From a virus: a stretch of DNA of 40,404 nt. Shown in pieces: positions 35,766 through 40,404 of this stretch. The translations under genes were made by a program, and so were the position numbers. Numbering within the stretch: the stretch's first letter is position 1; each line of letters starts with the position of its first letter. The DNA lies in UHGV virus genome UHGV-0391129; one strand, written 5' to 3'. The notes under the pieces were generated by a model, which was not told where the DNA came from, ran no database searches, and worked only from the letters and a program-made list of their open reading frames with translations.

Positions 35766-36117
35766 GTCCTGTCAAACCAACTTCACAATGGCTAGGATAA
35801 TAAAAAGGTTTGGTAGCGTATAGCTCAAACGTAATTTTCGAATATTTTTGATTAACAATAACTTTATCGCCACGCTCGACAATAATTTCCGGACGTGCAA
35901 ACAACTTGTACTCATCTATAGCTACATTTAACATATCCCCTTCAAGCACCTTTAGTCCGTCTTGTTGGCCTTGTGACAAGGCACAAGAAACATTTTCGTG
36001 AATGGCTACATATTTTTGTTCGGTAATTCCAGTTTCCATGTTTTCAACATCCTGCAAGCGTAAAATAGTGGCTATATCTTCATACGTCATTGCTAAAATA
36101 TCTACTTCATTCATCAA
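35749..36117 (-). CDS. Head closure/head-tail adaptor protein
   Basis: 122 aa, position-based call. Confidence 0.45.
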   Translation of the reverse strand: MMNEVDILAMTYEDIATILRLQDVENMETGITEQKYVAIHENVSCALSQGQQDGLKVLEGDMLNVAIDEYKLFARPEIIVERGDKVIVNQKYSKITFELYATKPFYYPSHCEVGLTGREPNG

Positions 36118-36455
36118 AAAAACTCCAATCCTCCACAGCCAATAGTCCGTTTGATTAAATCGTGATAGTTCGTTAATAGACCTTGAATCATACTTGCTTT
36201 TGAGGCATAGCTAATAGTCGTATCTCCTCGCTTAACAGACGATACTACCATTTCTAGCTCATGATTAGCTGTTTGATATAAAACCTCTGTAATCACGCCT
36301 TGTAACTTTGTCCAAGGAATATCATTACCACAAGTGTTATATGATTCAATCTCTAAAATGATTAATTCTAAAATTGTCTCTAGACGTTCTTTTTTTGATC
36401 CAGGCAGTTGTACCAAGACTGACGCAACAATTTTTTCTTTCAGTGAATCGTCCAT
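36114..36455 (-). CDS. Head-tail connector (gp6/gp15-like) protein
   Basis: 113 aa, first gene after the capsid-side small gene. Confidence 0.45.
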   Translation of the reverse strand: MDDSLKEKIVASVLVQLPGSKKERLETILELIILEIESYNTCGNDIPWTKLQGVITEVLYQTANHELEMVVSSVKRGDTTISYASKASMIQGLLTNYHDLIKRTIGCGGLEFF

Positions 36456-36465
36456 GCGATCACTC

Positions 36466-36693
36466 CTAAATTTCTACGATGTCAGCCGCTTCACGTAAAA
36501 TCTTTAATGCGTCAGCATCGTTTTCTCTAATAAAAAACTTTCCATCTTTATCGCCAGTCACAAATCGGCGCGTTTTTGGGTGTGTGAATCCGACAAAGTT
36601 TTTCTCTTTTGCCACACGGAATTCAACTGTTTTTACTTCTTCTTTTTTAGTTTCTTCTTTTTCAGCTGTTTTTACTTCTTCTTTTTTAGCCAT
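36466..36693 (-). CDS. Small K/E-rich protein with an internal repeat (KKEEVKT twice)
   Basis: 75 aa. The DNA carries a 27-bp direct repeat at 36640..36700. RBS AGGAGGAATTAG. Confidence 0.4.
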   Translation of the reverse strand: MAKKEEVKTAEKEETKKEEVKTVEFRVAKEKNFVGFTHPKTRRFVTGDKDGKFFIRENDADALKILREAADIVEI

Positions 36694-36710
36694 ACTAATT
36701 CCTCCTAAAT

Positions 36711-36740
36711 AAAAACAGAGATAGCCAATTGACTATCTCT
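36711..36740 (-). terminator. Rho-independent terminator after the major capsid gene
   Basis: Minus strand reads AGAGATAG-tcaattgg-CTATCTCT followed by GTTTTTATTT. Confidence 0.5.
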
Positions 36741-36741
36741 A

Positions 36742-37641
36742 TTATCCTTCTGTCGCTGTTTTCAAATTAAGAATTGAACCAGAGTTAGATGCATTATATT
36801 CGATAGAATATTCCCCAACGATACCAATACGACGTGAATCTGTTGTTTTTGCTAACTCTACTGCTCGCCATTCACGTAAAGGACGCAAGCGTAAATAGTT
36901 TGTATCTAATGCAGCAATCGTTCCAACCGGCAGAGCTGGTTCGATTAAGGCAATACCCGTTCCATAGTTAGAAACGATTTTACCTAATTGCAAGCCAAAC
37001 GTCATGGCATCGCCAAATTGGACAATTTTAGTGGATTTACCATCTAATTCGTCAGTCATCAAATCTTGCATATCTGGTGATACTAAACAAAGTTTTTCTC
37101 CCATGTAGCCTTTGTCGAACATCACACGAAACATATTATCAATATCTTTTCGTGTCACAGCTCCTGCAGCAGCCGTTTCAACTTTGTTGCTGGCATTAAT
37201 CAAGTTCAAAATACCATTCATTTTACGACCAACAGATCCCGCTTCATTAGTTTTTACTCCCGTAATTAATTTACGGTTCAAGTCAATTTTCATTTCCATT
37301 CCACGTAAGGCAACTTGATTATTTAATTCGCTACCGATCCCGTTGACGTTAATTGCATCTAGAGTTCCTGAAACAGAAGTTGATTTGCGGAAAATCTCTT
37401 GGTAGTTACTAATCCAATTACGACCGGATTCAGCATCTTTGTATTCTCCACCTTCTAATTGTTCAGATGAATCATCGGAATTGATTTCGTATTCTCGCCA
37501 TTTAATTTCTGTTGAACCTGCCGGCGCTGTTTTGCCTGCGCCTAATAAGTAGCTTAAAAACGGTGTGTTTGGTACCTGCATCGCATTAATTGCTGGTGAA
37601 ATATCTAAATACTCTAAATTGTTAACTGATGTTTTCTTCAT
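36742..37641 (-). CDS. Major capsid protein
   Basis: 299 aa ORF directly downstream of the scaffold gene and followed by a terminator. Confidence 0.7.
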   Translation of the reverse strand: MKKTSVNNLEYLDISPAINAMQVPNTPFLSYLLGAGKTAPAGSTEIKWREYEINSDDSSEQLEGGEYKDAESGRNWISNYQEIFRKSTSVSGTLDAINVNGIGSELNNQVALRGMEMKIDLNRKLITGVKTNEAGSVGRKMNGILNLINASNKVETAAAGAVTRKDIDNMFRVMFDKGYMGEKLCLVSPDMQDLMTDELDGKSTKIVQFGDAMTFGLQLGKIVSNYGTGIALIEPALPVGTIAALDTNYLRLRPLREWRAVELAKTTDSRRIGIVGEYSIEYNASNSGSILNLKTATEG

Positions 37642-37655
37642 TTTGACTCCTCCAT

Positions 37656-38276
37656 TTAGTTAAGTGGTTTTAAAATCTGGCTTAATAATTCTTCCGGATT
37701 TTTTGGTTGTTCATTCTGATTGTTTTGCTGTTGGCTGTTTTGTTGCTGCTTTGAACCATAAGCATTGTTCATTTGTAGTTCTTTTAATGATTCAGTATGT
37801 TTCTCATTAATTGCACTCAAAACTTTAGTAAAACCATCTACAGCTTTTTTAGTGAATTCTGTATCTGTACTAACCAAATTATTCAACATGAATTGTGAAA
37901 CCGATTCTTTTAGCTCGCCTTCAAGTTCTAGTCCGGAAATTTGTTCAGCTACAAAAGCTTTGTTATCACTTGTCATGCGTAAAGCTTTTTCTGCTTCAAA
38001 TTCCGCTTGAAGCTTTTCTAATTGCTGTTGTTCAGGTGACTTGTTTTTCTTAGAATCTTCGTACTGTTTGATAGTATCTTGCTTAATTTTTTCAAGATTA
38101 TTCTGCTTCCAAGCCTCTAACTGTTTGTCAGCCACAGACTGTGATTGAGATTGAAGAAATTTCTGTGCGTCTTCGTTGGATTCCGCAAAACTCTTAAATT
38201 CATCAAAAGAAAATTGAGGCGTTTGTTCCCCGTCATTTCCATCTTCAGCAAAAAATTGTAAATTCATTTTTAACAT
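37656..38276 (-). CDS. Scaffolding protein with an N-terminal ribosomal-L27-like Prp cleavage motif (MLKMNLQFFAE)
   Basis: Start called at MLKMNLQFFAED (ATG 38276) because of an AAAGGAGA RBS. The protein is coiled-coil, E/Q/K-rich, and has a QQQNSQQQNNQNEQ tail. The NLQFFA motif is the Prp protease recognition sequence known from Firmicute L27 and from staphylococcal phage 80alpha scaffold and capsid proteins. Confidence 0.65.
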   Translation of the reverse strand: MLKMNLQFFAEDGNDGEQTPQFSFDEFKSFAESNEDAQKFLQSQSQSVADKQLEAWKQNNLEKIKQDTIKQYEDSKKNKSPEQQQLEKLQAEFEAEKALRMTSDNKAFVAEQISGLELEGELKESVSQFMLNNLVSTDTEFTKKAVDGFTKVLSAINEKHTESLKELQMNNAYGSKQQQNSQQQNNQNEQPKNPEELLSQILKPLN

Positions 38277-38415
38277 CCATATTTCTCCTTTCGCCCCGCG
38301 ATTCGCAAAAAACGCCCCGCATTGCCTTGAGTTATAATTGCACCCCACCATTCAATTAAGCCCAGCATTGTGCTAGTTTCACGTCATTGCGGACAAAATA
38401 AAAGTCTAGAATTCG

Positions 38416-38679
38416 CTAAACTTTAATGCATTCATTTAACTTCTTCTCGTAAATGTCAACATAGATTTCCTGCTTATCACCATTCAATGTGATCTCATAC
38501 ATTGATGCACCTTTTAATTTTGTTGATAAAATTGCTTTGCTATTTTGTAATGTTTTACAACTCCAAACAATAAATACGTCTTCTTTTTTTGTCATAACAT
38601 GTTCTTTGGAATTTAATCCTTTGTTCTCTCGTTCCAAAACAATGTCTTTACATGCTTTGATAAATTCTTCGTGTTTCAA
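38416..38679 (-). CDS. Hypothetical small protein (moron in the head module)
   Basis: 87 aa ORF. Confidence 0.4.
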   Translation of the reverse strand: MKHEEFIKACKDIVLERENKGLNSKEHVMTKKEDVFIVWSCKTLQNSKAILSTKLKGASMYEITLNGDKQEIYVDIYEKKLNECIKV

Positions 38680-38681
38680 TA

Positions 38682-38957
38682 CTATTCCTCCTTATAATCA
38701 ACTCTTAAAATTTCACACCCAACTCGCTCATACCACTCGACCACTTGTTTTAATGAAGCAGGATTATGCGACAATAATTGAATCATAAGCGTTGATTCCT
38801 TGTTTGATTCTTGCATGATGTCCACGTATGCATAAACGCCATTCCAGTGTTCACGTAGTCCGTTTGGATAGTTTTCAGTTTCAATTGCTCGTTTATAGAC
38901 ATCTTCTACGTCCGTCGAAACTCTGGCGCTCAATAACGCCTCACAAAAATCTTTCAT
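38682..38957 (-). CDS. Hypothetical small acidic protein (moron in the head module)
   Basis: 91 aa with a strong RBS (AAGGAGGAAAAAA ATG), preceded by a 280-bp AT-rich spacer and a terminator. Confidence 0.4.
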   Translation of the reverse strand: MKDFCEALLSARVSTDVEDVYKRAIETENYPNGLREHWNGVYAYVDIMQESNKESTLMIQLLSHNPASLKQVVEWYERVGCEILRVDYKEE

Positions 38958-39202
38958 TTTTTTCCTCCTTATCTGTCAGCTTATTTATAAGCAATACAAA
39001 AAAACCAACGACTTCACTTATAGCCATTGGTTTAAATGAGTATTTGATTTTTCAGATATCATTATTACTCTCTTCAATTAAATAAAGTAACCCAAATTAT
39101 ATTTAGTAGTTTAAATGCTACTAAGGAGGGAACTAACAGAATTAATATCATCGCTAAAAAAGATGCCACAATCCAAAATATTCCAAACAACCAAGCTTTG
39201 GG

Positions 39203-39242
39203 TACAAAAATAGCACTCAACCTCAGTTAAGAGAGAGTGCTA
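39203..39242 (-). terminator. Rho-independent terminator downstream of the minor head gene
   Basis: Minus strand reads AATAGCACTCTCTCTTAACTGAGGTTGAGTGCTATTTTTGT, a stem-loop followed by a T-run. Confidence 0.45.
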
Positions 39243-39407
39243 TTTAGTCTTATTTACTTTTGCATCTACTTTCCAACGGTCTTGAATTGTTGCCGTTCGG
39301 TAACCATGTTCAGCATAAAAATCACTTTTTATTTTCTTCCAATCTTCAAAACTTTTTGCTTCCTTTTGAAGTTTAATCAATTTGCGTTTTTCAGTAGTAG
39401 TCATCAT
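39240..39407 (-). CDS. Small basic protein (questionable)
   Basis: Out-of-frame overlap with the end of the minor head gene; start MMTTTEKRK; weak RBS. Confidence 0.25.
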   Translation of the reverse strand: MMTTTEKRKLIKLQKEAKSFEDWKKIKSDFYAEHGYRTATIQDRWKVDAKVNKTK

Positions 39408-40404
39408 CAAACTCGAACGTAGGGAGTTCTTTTTTATCGCTTCCATTAATTGTTACCTCCAATCCGTCTGAAGTTTCTTTCACAGTATAAGTAGCTCCAC
39501 GGTTTATAATTAATTCCTTTTCATCAGGAGAATCACTATTATAACCGATGTACCCAGCATTAGTTCCTTTAGAAACATTAATTCTAATTGTCATACCATC
39601 CATTGAATCTGCAAATCTCTCAGCAATAACTTTGTCAACACTTGTAGATTTAAAATCATTAAACTTATTCCCACTTAAAATCTTTTCGTATTCATTTTTA
39701 GAAATGCCACGATAAACTACAAGATCATCCTTAAGTTTAAATTTATTAATTGCTGATTCAAAATTAGCGACATTATATAGCACATAATCATCATCAACAC
39801 TTGAATAATTCGGGTCATTTAACAGCCCGTTCATATCGTTATACCACTCGTCAGTGTAATTGGCTACCGCGGCACGTTCTTTAGACAATAATGTTTTTAT
39901 CCATTCATCGCTTTGTTTTTGAAGTTTACTTTCTAAATCATCATCAACTTCATTATACACTATTTTAGAACTTTGGTTTGCCTTGAGATGGTTAAGTTTC
40001 ACACCCCAGTTGCCACTGGCAAACTCGTCTAACGTATCACCAAATAGCGCTTCGTACTCTTTATCAATCGCTTCGGTATCAAGTTCTGGCATTTTAGGCA
40101 TTAGCGTACATCGGCACCTACCGTGGTAAGGAGGTTCATCTCCTTCCTCAACAACTTGCTTATGCTTTTTTCCACATATACTACAAACTCGCTCATCTTC
40201 TGCGGTGAAAACTTGTCCAGCAGGAACCCCAGTTGCTTTAAAAGATGCTCTAATCCCCTCAACAGCAAAATGTGAATATTCAGTTCGAACTAAATTTTCA
40301 ATGGCATTATTAAACTTGGTGCTTTCAAGTTTAAACATGTCTGCTATTTCAGAACTGCCTCGCATTGTTTTAAGAGCTTCTATCAAACCACCACCACTTG
40401 CGAT
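39391..40404 (-). CDS. Minor head protein (SPP1 gp7/Mu F-like morphogenesis domain) C-terminal part fused to an ADP-ribosyltransferase domain; the 5' end lies beyond the window
   Basis: The frame is open up to nt 40404 (...IASGGG|LIEALK...). Morphogenesis-domain motifs TEYSHF and YHGRCRC are present. The C-terminal ART triad is VVYRGIS (Arg), FKSTSVD (STS) and DEKELIINRG (ExE). Confidence 0.7.
   Translation of the reverse strand: MASGGGLIEALKTMRGSSEIADMFKLESTKFNNAIENLVRTEYSHFAVEGIRASFKATGVPAGQVFTAEDERVCSICGKKHKQVVEEGDEPPYHGRCRCTLMPKMPELDTEAIDKEYEALFGDTLDEFASGNWGVKLNHLKANQSSKIVYNEVDDDLESKLQKQSDEWIKTLLSKERAAVANYTDEWYNDMNGLLNDPNYSSVDDDYVLYNVANFESAINKFKLKDDLVVYRGISKNEYEKILSGNKFNDFKSTSVDKVIAERFADSMDGMTIRINVSKGTNAGYIGYNSDSPDEKELIINRGATYTVKETSDGLEVTINGSDKKELPTFEFDDDYY

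Noticed and set aside
38283-38400. GC-rich element with direct CGCCCCGC repeats considered as an intrinsic terminator or CRISPR-like repeat
   Set aside because: The two copies are direct, not inverted, so there is no hairpin. Only two short copies occur with no spacer periodicity, so it is not a CRISPR array. It is kept only as part of the moron-cassette finding.
39118-39215. Short plus-strand ORF (MPQSKIFQTTKLWVQK) after an AAGGAGGG motif
   Set aside because: It is only 16 codons before a stop. The RBS-like motif is more plausibly part of the promoter/leader region of the adjacent minus-strand moron.
1-40404. Integrated prophage with attL/attR and flanking host genes; tRNA, rRNA or CRISPR features
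   Set aside because: No host-like genes occur at either end. The ends join in frame within one phage gene and attP is intact and internal. No cloverleaf-like tRNA or repeat-spacer array was seen by eye.

Overview
The window reads as a complete, circularly permuted genome of a temperate siphovirus from a low-GC Gram-positive host (Lactobacillales-like); it is not a chromosomal segment. The clearest evidence is that the SPP1-gp7-like minor head gene is cut by the window boundary and continues in frame from position 1 across to position 40404. An intact attP with arm-type repeats also sits between the integrase and the lysis cassette. Reading the minus strand from 40404 down, and across the junction, the gene order is: minor head protein with a C-terminal ADP-ribosyltransferase domain, a two-gene moron, scaffold carrying the ribosomal L27/Prp cleavage motif, major capsid, head-tail connectors, major tail protein, G/GT tail chaperone with a -1 frameshift, tape measure protein, distal tail protein (Dit), tail-associated lysin (Tal), a CHAP-like peptidase, fibre and collagen-like proteins, a GDPD-domain tail protein, and then a terminator. 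The lysis cassette follows: holin, a membrane protein, GH25-SH3b endolysin, an unknown gene and an XhlA-like protein. Next is a bidirectional terminator, a plus-strand moron pair (lipoprotein and LysM lipoprotein), attP and the integrase. The lysogeny module has an XRE cI-like repressor, an ImmA/IrrE peptidase and a Cro-like protein with operator repeats between them. The early module encodes a Myb-like DNA-binding protein, an SMC/RecF-like ATPase, a Sak4-like AAA_24 ATPase, a DUF669-like protein, a DEAH helicase and a PriCT/Prim-Pol/AAA_25 primase. It is followed by a structured repeat region, a RusA-like resolvase, an ArpU/RinA-family late regulator, terS, terL and the portal gene. The most interesting candidates are a divergently oriented, self-promoted zinc-ribbon plus DUF4145 (HEPN-like) gene inside the replication module, which ends convergently against an unannotated small ORF and may be an Abi/superinfection-exclusion module, the ART-carrying minor head protein with its adjacent moron cassette, and the lipoprotein/LysM pair at attP. 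No CRISPR arrays, rRNA or tRNA genes were recognised.
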